The notes under the pieces: generated by a model | Database searches by the model: none | The model's input: the letters and a program-made list of their open reading frames with translations, nothing else | What the model was told of the DNA's origin: nothing | Shown here: positions 41,519 through 55,579 of the stretch, one piece after another | How positions within the stretch are numbered: the stretch's first letter is position 1 | Layout of the letters: each line of letters starts with the position of its first letter | Position numbers and translations under genes: made by a program | Assembly: GCF_964355755.1 (NCBI RefSeq) | Contig: NC_092680.1 | Coordinates: 12,028,001 to 12,092,000, forward strand | Length of the DNA: 64,000 nt | Origin: Antedon mediterranea | Taxonomy: Eukaryota; Animalia; Echinodermata | Reading direction: 5' to 3'

Positions 41519-42240
41519 AAAAAACTTGTTAACATAAAAACACCAACGTGCTTAGAATAGCTTCAAATCGCATTTGTAGACGTTTTAGACCATTTTGTGC
41601 ATTTCGATGAAACTTGGGTACACAAAAACATCAAAGTGCTTAAAATCACATTTGAAACCGTTTTAGTTTTTGTGTAACCAAGTTTCATCGAAATGCACAA
41701 AATGGTCTAAAACGTCTCCCAATGCGATTTGAAGCTATTCTAAGAACTTTTGTGTTTTTGTGTTAAAAGGTTTTTTCGAAAATCACAAAATGGTCTAAAA
41801 CGTCTCCAAATGCGATTTGAAGCTTTTTTGTACACTTTGATGTTTTAGACCATTTTGTGCATTTCGATGAAACTTGGGTACACAAAAACATCAAAGTGCT
41901 TAAAATCACATTTGAAACCGTTTTAGACCATTTTGAGCATTTCGATAACACTTTTCATATAAAAACATCAAAGTGCACAAAATAGCTTAAAATGGTATTT
42001 GAAAACGTTTTAGACCATTTTGAGCATTTCGACAAAACTTTTTCACAAAAAACATCAAAGTGTACAGAATAGCTTCAAATCGCATTTGGAGACGTTTTAG
42101 ACCATTTTGTGATTTTTTAATAAACTTGTTAACATAAAAACCCAAAAGTGCTTAGAATAGCTTCAAATCGCATTTGGAAACGTTTTAGACCAATTTGTAC
42201 ATTTCGATGAAACTTGGTTACACAAAATAATCAAAGTCCT
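41518..42240 (-). repeat. Rearranged SatA edge: inverted (41518-41666), forward (41666-41846), inverted (41842-42240)
   Basis: Reverse-complement monomer text (GTTTTAGACCATTTT, CATCAAAGTG) alternates with forward text. 41582-41666 is repeated at 41842-41926. Confidence 0.92.
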
Positions 42241-45200
42241 TTTAGAGCCATAGTAACAAGTTATGTCAAAAAATAAAAGGGTCTAAATTTGGCCATTTTT
42301 CGAAAATTTCCCTAAGGTGTATCATAAGATTTTTATTCGAAAAATGGTTAAAATTGACACTTTTTTAAATTCGAAAATTATGCTATACTATTGCCAATAA
42401 TGCTAATATATTGTGCTAACATCATCTTAAACAGCCAGAGTAACTAGTTATGTCAAAAAATAAAAGGTTTGAAATTTTACCATTTTTGCGAAAATTTCCC
42501 TGGAATTTTTTTCGAAAAATGGCAAAAATTTCTACTTTTTAAAATTAAAAAAGTATGCTATATTATATTGCCATTTATGCAAATATATTGTGCTAATATC
42601 ATCTTATAGAGCCATAGTAACTAGTTATGTCAAAAAATAAAAGGATTGAAATATGGCCATTTTTGCGAAAATTTCATAGGCATTTTTTTCGAAAAATGGC
42701 CAAAATTTCCACTTTTTAAAATTCAATAATTATGCTATTATATTGGCATTTATGCAAATATATTGTGTTAGCATCATCTTATAGAGCCATCGTAACTAGT
42801 TATGTCAAAAAATAAAAGGGTCGAAATTTGGCAAATTTTTCGTAAATTTCGCTGCGGGGGACCATAGGATTTTTTTTTCGAAAAATGGTCAAAATTTCCA
42901 TTGTTTAAAATTAAAAAAGTATGCTATATAATATTGCCATTTATGCAAAAATATTGTGCTAACATCATCTTATAGAGCCATAGTAACTAGTTATGTCAAA
43001 ACATATAAGGGTTTAAGTTTGCGGGGGACTACAGGATTTTTATTTTCGAAAAATTGCCAAAATTTCCACTTGAAATTAAAAAATTATGCTATAATATTGC
43101 CATTTAACATTATTTTATAAAGCCATAGTAACTAGTCATGTCAAAAATTAAAGGTTTGAAATTTTGCCATTTTTGTGAAAATTTCCCTGCGGGGGACCAT
43201 AGGAATTCTTTCGAAAAATGACCAAAAATTTCCACTTTTTAAAATTTAATAATTATGCTATTATATTGGCATTTATGCAAATATATTGTGTTAGAATCAA
43301 CTTATAGAGCCATCGTAACTAGTTATGTAAAAAAATAAAAGGGTCGAAATTTGGCAATTTTTCGAAAATTTCGCTGCGGAGGACCATTGGAATTTTTTCG
43401 AAAAATTGCCAAAATTTCCACTTTTTGAAATTCAAAAATTATGCTATAATATTGCCATTTATGCACATATATTGTGCTAACATTATTTTATAGAGCCATA
43501 GTAACTGGTAATGTCAAATAATAAAAGGTTTGAAATTTTCCAATTTTTGTGAAAATTTCCCTGCGGGGACCATAGGAATTCTTTTCGAAAAATGTCCAAA
43601 ATTTCCACTTTTTAAAATTCAATAATTATGCTATTATATTGGCATTTATGCAAATATATTGTGTTAGAATCATCTTATAGAGCCATCGTAACTAGTTATG
43701 TCAAAAACTAAAAGGGTCGAAATTTGGCAATTTCTCGAAAATTTCGCTGCGTGGGACCATAGGAATTTTTTCGAAAAATTGCCAAAATTTCCACTTTTTG
43801 AAATTCAAAAATTATGCTATAATATTGACATTTATGCACATATATTATGCTAACATCATCTTATAGAGCCATAGTAACTAGTTATGTCAAAAATAAAAGG
43901 TTGGAAATTTTGCAATTTTTGCGAAAATTTCCCTGCGGGGGACCATAGGAATTTTTTCGAAAAATGGCAAAAATTTCTACTTTTTAAAATTAAAAAAGTA
44001 TGCTATATAATATTGCCATTTATGCAAATATATTGTGCTAACATCATCTTATTGAGCCATAGTAACTAGTTATGTCAAAAAATAAAAGGATTGAAATTTG
44101 GCCATTTTTTCGAAAATTTCATAGGAATTTTTTTGAAAAATGGCCAATATTTCCACTTTTTAAAATTCAATAATTATGCTATTATATTGGCATTTATGCA
44201 AATATTTTGTGTTAGCATCATTTTATAGAGCCATCGTAACTAGTTATGTCAAAAAATAAAAGGGTCAAAATTTGGCAAATTTTTCGTAAATTTTGCTGCG
44301 AGGGACCATACAATTTTTTTTCGAAAAATGGTCAAAATTTCCATTGTTTAAAATTAAAAAAGTATGCTATATAATATTGCCATTTATGCAAATATATTGT
44401 GCTAACATCATCTTATGTAACTAGTTATGTCAAAAAATAAAAGGGTCGAAATTTGTGGGGGACTACAGAATTTTTTTTTTCGAAAAATGGCAAAAATTTC
44501 CACTTTTTGAAATTCAAAAATTATGCTATAATATTGCCATTTATGCACATATATTGTGCTAACATTATTTTATAGAGCCATAGTAACTAGTTATGTACAA
44601 AAATAAAAGGTTTGAAATTGTGCCATTTTTGTGAAAATTTCCCTGCGGGGGACCATAGGAATTCTTTTCGAAAAATGGCCAAAATTTACACTTTTTAAAA
44701 TTCAATAATTATGCTATTATATTGGTATTTATGCAAATATATTGTGTTAGAATCATCTTATAGAGCCATCGTAACTAGTTATGTCAAAAACTAAAAGGGT
44801 CGAAATTTGGCAATTTTTCGAAAATTTCGCTGCGTGGGACCATAGGAAATTTTTCGAAAAATTGCCAAAATTTCCACTTTTTGAAATTCAAAAATTATGC
44901 TATAATATTGCCATTTATGCACATATATTGTGCTAACATCATCTTATAGAGCCATAGTAACTAGTTATGTCAAAAAATAAAAGGGTCTAAATTTGGCAAT
45001 TTTTCGAAAATTTCCCTTCGGGGGACCATAATATTTTTATTTGAAAAATGGCGAAAATTTACACATTTTTAAATTCGAAAATTATGCTATAATATTGCCA
45101 TTTATGCAAATATATTGTGCTAACATCATCTTATACAGCCAGAGTAACTAGTTATGTCAAAAAATAAAAGGTTTGAAATTTTGCCATTTTTGCGAAAATT

Positions 45201-48200
45201 TCCCTGCCATAGGAATTTTTTCGAAAAAATTGCCAAAATTTCTACTTTTTAAAATTAAAAAAGTATGCTATAAAATTGCCATTTAGGCAAATATATTGTG
45301 CTAACATCATCTTATAGAGCCATAGTAACTAATTATGTCAAAAAATAAAAGGTTTGAAATTTGGCCATTTTTGCGAAAATGCCTTAGGAATTCTTTTCGA
45401 AAAATGACCAAAATTTCCACTTTTTAAAAATCAATAATTATGCTATTATATTGGCATTTATGCAAATATATTGTGTTAGAATCATCTTATAGAGCCATAG
45501 TAACTAATTATGTCAAAAAATAAAAGGTTTGAAATTTGGCCATTTTTGCGAAAATTTTCCTGCCTTAGGAATTCTTTTCGAAAAATGACCAAAATTTCTA
45601 CTTTTTGAAATTCAAAAATTATGCTATAATATTGCCATTTATGCACATATATTGTGCTAACATCATCTTATAGAGCCATAGTAACTAGTTATGTCAAAAA
45701 ATAAAAGGATCTAAATTTGGCCATTTTTCGAAAATTTCCCTTCGGGGGACCATAAGATTTTTATTCGAAAAATGGCGAAAATTTACACTTTTTGAAATTC
45801 GAAAATTATGCTATAATATTGCCATTAATGCAAATATATTGTGCTAACATCATCTTATACAGCCAGAGTAACTAGTTATGGCAAAAAAATAAAAGGTTTG
45901 AAATTTTACCATTTTTGCAAAAATTTCCATGCCTTAGGAATTCTTTTCGAAAAATGACCAAAATTTCCACTTTTTAAAAATCAATAATTATGCTATTATA
46001 TTGGCATTTATGCAAATATATTGTGTTAGAATCATCTTATAGAGCCATAGTAACTAATTATGTCAAAAAATAAAAGGTTTGAAATTTGGCCATTTTTGCG
46101 AAAATTTTCCTGCCTTAGGAATTCTTTTCGAAAAATGACCAAAATTTCTACTTTTTGAAATTCAAAAATTATGCTATAATATTGCCATTTATGCACATAT
46201 ATTGTGCTAACATCATCTTATAGAGCCATAGTAACTAGTTATGTCAAAAAATAAAAGGATCTAAATTTGGCCATTTTTCGAAAATTTCCTTTCGGGGGAC
46301 CATAAGATTTTTATTCGAAAAATGGCGAAAATTTACACTTTTTGAAATTCGAAAATTATGCTATAATATTGGCATTTATGCAAATATATTGTGTTAGAAT
46401 CATCTTATAGAGCCGTCGTAACTAGTTATGTCAAAAACTAAAAGGGTCGAAATTTGGCAATTTTTCGAAAATTTCGCTGCGTGGGACCATAGGAATTTTT
46501 TCGAAAAATTGCCAAAATTTCCACTTTTTGAAATTCAAAAATTATCCTATAATATTGACATTTATGCACATATATTATGCTAACATCATCTTATAGAGCC
46601 ATAGTAACTAGTTATGTCAAAAATAAAAGGTTTGAAATTTTGCCATTTTTACGAAAATTTTCCTGCGGGGGACCATAGGAATTTTTTCGAAAAATGGCCA
46701 AAATTTCTACTTCTTAAAATTAAAAAAGTATGCTATATAATATTGCCATTTATGCAAATATATTGTGCTAACATCATCTTATTGAGCCATAGTAACTAGT
46801 TATGTCAAAAAATAAAAGGATTGAAATTTGGCTATTTTTGCGAAAATTTCATAGGAATTTTTTTGAAAAATGGCCAATATTTCCACTTTTTAAAATTCAA
46901 TAATTATGCTATTTTATTGGCATTTATGCAAATATATTGTGTTAGCATCATCTTATAGAGCCATCGTAACTAGTTATGTCAAAAAATAAAAGGGTCAAAA
47001 TTTGGCAAATTTTTCGTTAATTTTGCTGCGGGGGACCATACAATTTTTTTCTCGAAAAATGGTCAAAATTTCCATTGTTTAAAATTTAAAAAGTATGCTA
47101 TATAATATTGCCATTTATGCAAATATATTGGGCTAACATCATCTTATGTAACTAGTTATGTCAAAAAATAAAAGGGTCGAAATTTGTGGGGGACTACAGA
47201 ATTTTTTTTTTCGTAAAATGGCAAAAATTTCCACTTTTTGAAATTCAAAAATTATGCTATAATATTGCCATTTATGCACATATATTGTGCTAACATTATT
47301 TTATAGAGCCATAGTAACTAGTTATGTACAAAAATAAAAGGTTTGAAATTGCGCCATTTTTGTGAAAATTTCCCTGCGGGGGACCATAGGAATTCTTTTC
47401 GAAAAATGGCCAAAATTTACACTTTTTAAAATTCAATAATTATGCTATTATATTGGTATTTATGCAAATATATTGTGTTAGAATCATCTTATAGAGCCAT
47501 CGTAACTAGTTATGTCAAAAACTAAAAGGGTCGAAATTTGGCAAATTTTTCGAAAATTTCGCTGCGTGGGACCATAGGAATTTTTTCGAAAAATTGCCAA
47601 AATTTCCACTTTTTGAAATTCAAAAATTATGCTATAATATTGCCATTTATGCACATATATTGTGCTAACATCATCTTATAGAGCCATAGTAACTAGTTAT
47701 GTCAAAAAATAAAAGGATCTAAATTTGGCCATTTTTCGAAAATTTCCCTTCGGGGGACCATAAGATTTTTATTCGAAAAATGGCGAAAATTTACACTTTT
47801 TGAAATTCGAAAATTATGCTATAATATTGCCATTAATGCAAATATATTGTGCTAACATCATCTTATACAGCCAGAGTAACTAGTTATGTCAAAAAAATAA
47901 AAGGTTTGAAATTTTACCATTTTTGCGAAAATTTCCATGCCTTAAGAATTCTTTTCGAAAAATGACCAAAATTTCTAATTTTTAAAAATCAATAATTATG
48001 CTATTATATTGGCATTTATGCAAATATATTGTGTTAGAATCATCTTATAGAGCCATAGTAACTAATTATGTCAAAAAATAAAAGGTTTGAAATTTGGCCA
48101 TTTTTGCGAAAATTTTCCTGCCTTAGGAATTCTTTTCGAAAAATGACCAAAATTTCTACTTTTTGAAATTCAAAAATTATGCTATAATATTGCCATTTAT

Positions 48201-51200
48201 GCACATATATTGTGCTAACATCATCTTATAGAGCTATAGTAACTAGTTATGTCAAAAAATAAAAGGATCTAAATTTGGCCATTTTTCGAAAATTTCCCTT
48301 CGGGGGACCATAAGATTTTTATTCGAAAAATGGCGAAAATTTACACTTTTTGAAATTCGAAAATTATGCTATAATATTGCCATTAATGCAAATATATTGT
48401 GCTAACATCATCTTATACAGCCAGAGTAACTAGTTATGTCAAAAAAATAAAAGGTTTGAAATTTTACCATTTTTGCGAAAATTTTCTTACGGGGGACCGT
48501 AGGAATTTTTTCGAAAAATGCCAAAAATTTCGACTTTTTAAAATTTAAAAAGTATGCTTTATAATAGTGCCATTTATGCAAATATATTGTGCTAACATCA
48601 TCTTATACAGCCATTTTAACTAGTTATGTCAAAAAATATAAGGGTCAAAGTTTGCGGGGGACCACAGGATTTTTATTTTCGAAAAATTGCCAAAATTTCC
48701 ACTTGCAATTAAAAAATTATGCTATAATATTGCCATTTATGCACGTATATTGTGCTAACATTATTTTATAGAGCCATAGTAACTAGTCATGTCAAAAAAA
48801 AAAAGGTTTCAAATTTTGCCATTTTTGTGAAAATTTCCCTGCGGGGGACCATAGGAATTCTTTCGAAAAATGACCAAAATTTCCACTTTTTAAAATTCAA
48901 TAATTATGCTATTATATTGGCATTTATGCAAATATATTGTGTTAGAATCATCTTATAGAGCCGTCGTAACTAGTTATGTCAAAAACTAAAAGGGTCGAAA
49001 TTTGGCAATTTTTCGAAAATTTCGCTGCGTGGGACCATAGGAATTTTTTCGAAAAATTGCCAAAATTTCCACTTTTTGAAATTCAAAAATTATGCTATAA
49101 TATTGACATTTATGCACATATATTATGCTAACATCATCTTATAGAGCCATAGTAACTAGTTATGTCAAAAATAAAAAGTTTGAAATTTTGCCATTTTTAC
49201 GAAAATTTCCCTACGGGGGACCATGGAATTTTTTCGAAAAATGGCCAAAATTTCTACTTCTTAAAATTAAAAAAGTATGCTATATAATATTGCCATTTAT
49301 GCAAATATATTGTGCTAACATCATCTTATTGAGCCATAGTAACTAGTTATGTCAGAAAATAAATGGATTGAAATTTGGCCATTTTTGCGAAAATTTCATA
49401 GGAATTTTTTTGAAAAATGGCCAATATTTCCACTTTTTAAAATTCAATAATTATGCTATTATATTGGCATTTATGCAAATATATTGTGTTAGCATCATCT
49501 TATAGAGCCATCGTAACTAGTTATGTCAAAAAATAAAAGGGTCAAAATTTGGCAAATTTTTCGTAAATTTTGCTGCGGGGGACCATACAATTTTTTTTCG
49601 AAAAATGGTCAAAATTTCCATTGTTTAAAATTAAAAAAGTATGCTATATAATATTGCCATTTATGCAAATATATTGTGCTAACATCATCTTATGTAACTA
49701 GTTATGTCAAAAAATAAAAGGGTCGAAATTTGTGGGGGACTACAGAATTTTTTTTTTTGTAAAATGGCAAAAATTTCCACTTTTTGAAATTCAAAAATTA
49801 TGCTATAATATTGCCATTTATGCACATATATTGTGCTAACATTATTTTATAGAGCCATAGTAACTAGTTATGTACAAAAATAAAAGGTTTGAAATTGTGC
49901 CATTTTTGTGAAAATTTCCCTGCGGGGGACCATAGGAATTCTTTTCGAAAAATGGCCAAAATTTACACTTTTTAAAATTCAATAATTATGCTATTATATT
50001 GGTATTTATGCAAATATATTGTGTTAGAATCATCTTATAGAGCCATCGTAACTAGTTTTGTCAAAAAATAAAAGGATTGAAATTTGGCTATTTTTGCGAA
50101 AATTTCATAGGAATTTTTTTGAAAAATGGCCAATATTTCCACTTTTTAAAATTCAATAATTATGCTATTATATTGGCATTTATGCAAATATATTGTGTTA
50201 GCATCATCTTATAGAGCCATCGTAACTAGTTATGTCAAAAAATAAAAGGGTCAAAATTTGGCAAATTTTTCGTAAATTTTGCTGCGGGGGACCATACAAT
50301 TTTTTTCTCGAAAAATGGTCAAAATTTCCATTGTTTAAAATTAAAAAAGTATGCTATATAATATTGCCATTTATGCAAATATATTGTGCTAACATCATCT
50401 TATGTAACTAGTTATGTCAAAAAATAAAAGGGTCGAAATTTGTGGGGGACTACAGAATTTTTTTTTTCGTAAAATGGCAAAAATTTCCACTTTTTGAAAT
50501 TCAAAAATTATGCTATAATATTGCCATTTATGCACATATATTGTGCTAACATTATTTTATAGAGCCATAGTAACTAGTTATGTACAAAAATAAAAGGTTT
50601 GAAATTGTGCCATTTTTGTGAAAATTTCCCTGCGGGGGACCATAGGAATTCTTTTCGAAAAATGGCCAAAATGTACACTTTTTAAAATTCAATAATTATG
50701 CTATTATATTGGTATTTATGCAAATATATTGTGTTAGAATCATCTTATAGAGCCATCGTAACTAGTTATGTCAAAAACTAAAAGGGTCGAAATTTGGCAA
50801 ATTTTTCGAAAATTTTGCTGCGTGGGACCATAGGAATTTTTTCGAAAAATTGCCAAAATTTCCACTTTTTGAAATTCAAAAATTATGCTATAATATTGCC
50901 ATTTATGCACATATATTGTGCTAACATCATCTTATAGAGCCATAGTAACTAGTTATGTCAAAAAATAAAAGGATCTAAATTTGGCCATTTTTCGAAAATT
51001 TCCCTTCGGGGGACCATAAGATTTTTATTCGAAAAATGGCGAAAATTTACACTTTTTGAAATTCGAAAATTATGCTATAATATTGCCATTAATGCAAATA
51101 TATTGTGCTAACATCATCTTATACAGCCAGAGTAACTAGTTATGTCAAAAAAATAAAAGGTTTGAAATTTTACCATTTTTGCGAAAATTTCCATGCCTTA

Positions 51201-54200
51201 AGAATTCTTTTCGAAAAATGACCAAAATTTCCAATTTTTAAAAATCAATAATTATGCTATTATATTGGCATTTATGCAAATATATTGTGTTAGAATCATC
51301 TTATACAGCCATAGTAACTAATTATGTCAAAAAATAAAAGGTTTGAAATTTGGCCATTTTTGCGAAAATTTTCCTGCCTTAGGAATTCTTTTCGAAAAAT
51401 GACCAAAATTTCTACTTTTTTAAATTCAAAAATTATGCTATAATATTGCCATTTATGCACATATATTGTGCTAACATCATCTTATAGAGCCATAGTAACT
51501 AGTTATGTCAAAAAATAAAAGGATCTAAATTTGGCCATTTTTCGAAAATTTCCCTTCGGGGGACCATAAGATTTTTATTCGAAAAATGGCGAAAATTTAC
51601 ACTTTTTGAAATTCGAAAATTATGCTATAATATTGCCATTAATGCAAATATATTGTGCTAACATCATCTTATACAGCCAGAGTAACTAGTTATGTCAAAA
51701 AAATAAAAGGTTTGAAATTTTACCATTTTTGCGAAAATTTTCTTACGGGGGACCGTAGGAATTTTTTCGAAAAATGCCAAAAATTTCGACTTTTTAAAAT
51801 TTAAAAAGTATGCTTTATAATAGTGCCATTTATGCAAATATATTGTGCTAACATCATCTTATACAGCCATTTTAACTAGTTATGTCAAAAAATATAAGGG
51901 TCAAAGTTTGCGGGGGACCACAGGATTTTTATTTTCGAAAAATTGCCAAAATTTCCACTTGAAATTAAAAAATTATGCTATAATATTGCCATTTATGCAC
52001 GTATATTGTGCTAACATTATTTTATAGAGCCATAGTAACTAGTCATGTCAAAAAAAAAAAGGTTTCAAATTTTGCCATTTTTGTGAAAATTTCCCTGCGG
52101 GGGACCATAGGAATTCTTTCGAAAAATGACCAAAATTTCCACTTTTTAAAATTCAATAATTATGCTATTATATTGGCATTTATGCAAATATATTGTGTTA
52201 GAATCATCTTATAGAGCCGTCGTAACTAGTTATGTCAAAAACTAAAAGAGTCGAAATTTGGCAATTTTTCGAAAATTTCGCTGCGTGGGACCATATGAAT
52301 TTTTTCGAAAAATTGCCAAAATTTCCACTTTTTGAAATTCAAAAATTATGCTATAATATTGACATTTATGCACATATATTATGCTAACATCATCTTATAG
52401 AGCCATAGTAACTAGTTATGTCAAAAATAAAAAGTTTGAAATTTTGCCATTTTTACGAAAATTTCCCTACGGGGGACCATGGAATTTTTTCGAAAAATGG
52501 CCAAAATTTCTACTTCTTAAAATTAAAAAAGTATGCTATATAATATTGCCATTTATGCAAATATATTGTGCTAACATCATCTTATTGAGCCATAGTAACT
52601 AGTTATGTCAAAAAATAAAAGGATTGAAATTTGGCCATTTTTGCGAAAATTTCATACGAATTTTTTTGAAAAATGGCCAATATTTCCACTTTTTAAAATT
52701 CAATAATTATGCTATTATATTGGCATTTATGCAAATATATTGTGTTAGCATCATCTTATAGAGCCATCGTAACTAGTTATGTCAAAAATAAAAGGGTCAA
52801 AATTTGGCAAATTTTTCGTAAATTTTGCTGCGGGGGACCATACAATTTTTTTTCGAAAAATGGTCAAAATTTCCATTGTTTAAAATTAAAAAAGTATGCT
52901 ATATAATATTGCCATTTATGCAAATATATTGTGCTAACATCATCTTATGTAACTAGTTATGTCAAAAAATAAAAGGGTCGAAATTTGTGGGGGACTACAG
53001 AATTTTTTTTTTCGTAAAATGGCAAAAATTTCCACTTTTTGAAATTCAAAAATTATGCTATAATATTGCCATTTATGCACATATATTGTGCTAACATTAT
53101 TTTATAGAGCCATAGTAACTAGTTATGTACAAAAATAAAAGGTTTGAAATTGTGCCATTTTTGTGAAAATTTCCCTGCGGGGGACCATAGGAATTCTTTT
53201 CGAAAAATGGCCAAAATTTACACTTTTTAAAATTCAATAATTATGCTATTATATTGGTATTTATGCAAATATATTGTGTTAGAATCATCTTATAGAGCCA
53301 TCGTAACTAGTTATGTCAAAAACTAAAAGGGTCGAAATTTGGCAAATTTTTCGAAAATTTTGCTGCGTGGGACCATAGGATTTTTTTCGAAAAATTGCCA
53401 AAATTTCCACTTTTTGAAATTCAAAAATTATGCTATAATATTGCCATTTATGCACATATATTGTGCTAACATCATCTTATAGAGCCATAGTAACTAGTTA
53501 TGTCAAAAAATAAAAGGGTCTAAATTTGGCAATTTTTCGAAAATTTCCCTTGGGGGGACCATAAGATTTTTATTTGAAAAATGGCGAAAATTTACACATT
53601 TTTAAATTCGAAAATTATGCTATAATATTGCCATTTATGCAAATATATTGTGCTAACATCATCTTATACAGCCAGAGTAACTAGTTATGTCAAAAAATAA
53701 AAGGTTTGAAATTTTGCCATTTTTGCGAAAATTTCCCTGCCATAGGAATTTTTTCGAAAAATTGCCAAAATTTCTACTTTTTAAAATTAAAAAAGTATGC
53801 TATAATATTGCCATTTAGGCAAATATATTGTGCTAACATCATCTTATAGAGCCATAGTAACTAATTATGTCAAAAAATAAAAGGTTCGAAATTTGGCAAT
53901 TTTTGCGAAAATTTCCCTGCCTTAGGAATTCTTTTCGAAAAATGACCAAAATTTCCACTTTTTAAAAATCAATAATTATGCTATTATATTGGCATTTATG
54001 CAAATATATTGTGTTAGAATCATCTTATAGAGCCATAGTAACTAATTATGTCAAAAAATAAAAGGTTTGAAATTTGGCCATTTTTGCGAAAATTTCCCTG
54101 CCTTAGGAATTCTTTTCGAAAAATGACCAAAATTTCCACTTTTTGAAATTCAAAAATTATGCTATAATATTGCCATTTATGCACATATATTGTGCTAACA

Positions 54201-55259
54201 TCATCTTATAGAGCCATAGTAACTAGTTATGTCAAAAAATAAAAGGATCTAAATTTGGCCATTTTTCGAAAATTTCCCTTCGGGGGACCATAAGATTTTT
54301 ATTCGAAAAATGGCGAAAATTTACACTTTTTGAAATTCAAAAAGTATGCTATATAATAGTGCCATTTATGCAAATTTATTGTGCTAACATCATCTTATAG
54401 AGCCATAGTAACTAGTTATGTCAAAAAATAAAAGGTTTGAAATTTGGCCATTTTTGCGAAAATTTCATAGGATTTTTTTCGAAAAATGGCCAAAATTTCT
54501 TATAAAATTCAATAATTATGCTATTATATTGGCATTTATGCAAATATATTGTTTTAGCATCATCTTATAGAGCCATCGTAACTAGGTATGTCATAAAATA
54601 AAAGGATCGAAATTTGGCAAATTTCCATTGTTTAAAATTAAAAAAGTATGCTATATAATATTGCCATTTATGCAAATATATTGTGCTAACATCATCTTAT
54701 AGAGCCATAGTAACTAGTTATGTCAACAAAAAAAAGGGTCGAAATTTGCGAGGGGACCATAGGATTTTTTTCTCTCGGAAAAAATGTCAAAATTTCCACT
54801 TTTTAAATACAATAATTATGCTATTATATTGGCATTTATGCAAATATATTGTGTTAGAATCATCTTATAGAGTCATCGTAACTAGTTATGTCAAAAAATA
54901 AAAGGGTCGAAATTTGGCAATTTCTCGAAAATTTCGCTGCGGGGGACCATAGGAATTTTTTCGAAAAATTGCCAAAATTTCCACTTTTTGAAATTCAAAC
55001 ATTATGCTATAATATTGCCATTTATGCACATATATTGTGCTAACATCATCTTATACAGCCAGAGTAACAAGTTATGTCAAAAAATAAAAGGTTTAAAATT
55101 TTGCCATTTTTGCGAAAATTTCCCTGCGGGGGACCATAGGAATTTTTTCGAAAAATGGCCAAAATTTCTACTTTTTAAAATTAAAAAAGTATGCTATAAT
55201 TATAATATTGCCATTTATGCAAATATATTGTGCTAACATCATCTTATAGAGCCATAGTA
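42241..55259 (+). repeat. Satellite B tandem array (about 187 bp full monomer, deletion variants about 145-178 bp; roughly 70 monomers)
   Basis: The anchor GTAACT(A/G)GT recurs at 42440, 42617, 42792, 42983, 43128, 43315, 43501, 43688, 43874, 44062 and onward. Each monomer carries the palindrome TAACTAGTTA, TTTTCGAAAA motifs and a GCGGGGGACC core. Confidence 0.97.
46803..53500 (+). repeat. 3256-bp (about 18-mer) tandem duplication within SatB
   Basis: The GCTATTTTTG variant occurs at 46831/50087. Spurious ORF pairs 48589/51845, 48752/52008 and 49125/52381 all share offset 3256. Confidence 0.88.
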
Positions 55260-55579
55260 GAATACTACTTACATTTTAGTTTAGCTGGGCTAACCTACCT
55301 CACCTCTCACATGCCCTCCTGAAAAAACGCGATCGAAATTACTGGAACCCTACCCTAGCCTACTAGACCTAGATAGTAGTAATGCGTAGTACCATGGAAC
55401 TATAATAAATGGTAGACGTACTAGTACTGTGTAGTATAATATGTTAACATGTCTGGCTCTACGAGGCCTTTTTATGCTCATAGGATGGCTTTTTTGGGCG
55501 TCCCAATGTAGGCCTATGCCTATAGCTAGGACAGATTTTCCATTCCTGCAGGCCTGTAGCCTATGCTCTAGTAGGGCGG

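Noticed and set aside
2659-41951. Short ORFs in SatA (MRFEDIL..., MCEKVL..., MTIFSIS... etc.)
   Set aside because: They are chance stop-free stretches of the satellite. The peptides repeat with the monomer period and show no domain motifs.
42835-42865. CENP-B box-like TTCG...CGGG in SatB
   Set aside because: The spacing does not match TTCGNNNNANNCGGG in the monomers inspected.
43884-55236. Short ORFs in SatB, including repeated identical ones
   Set aside because: They are translations of satellite monomers. Identical pairs simply mark DNA duplications.
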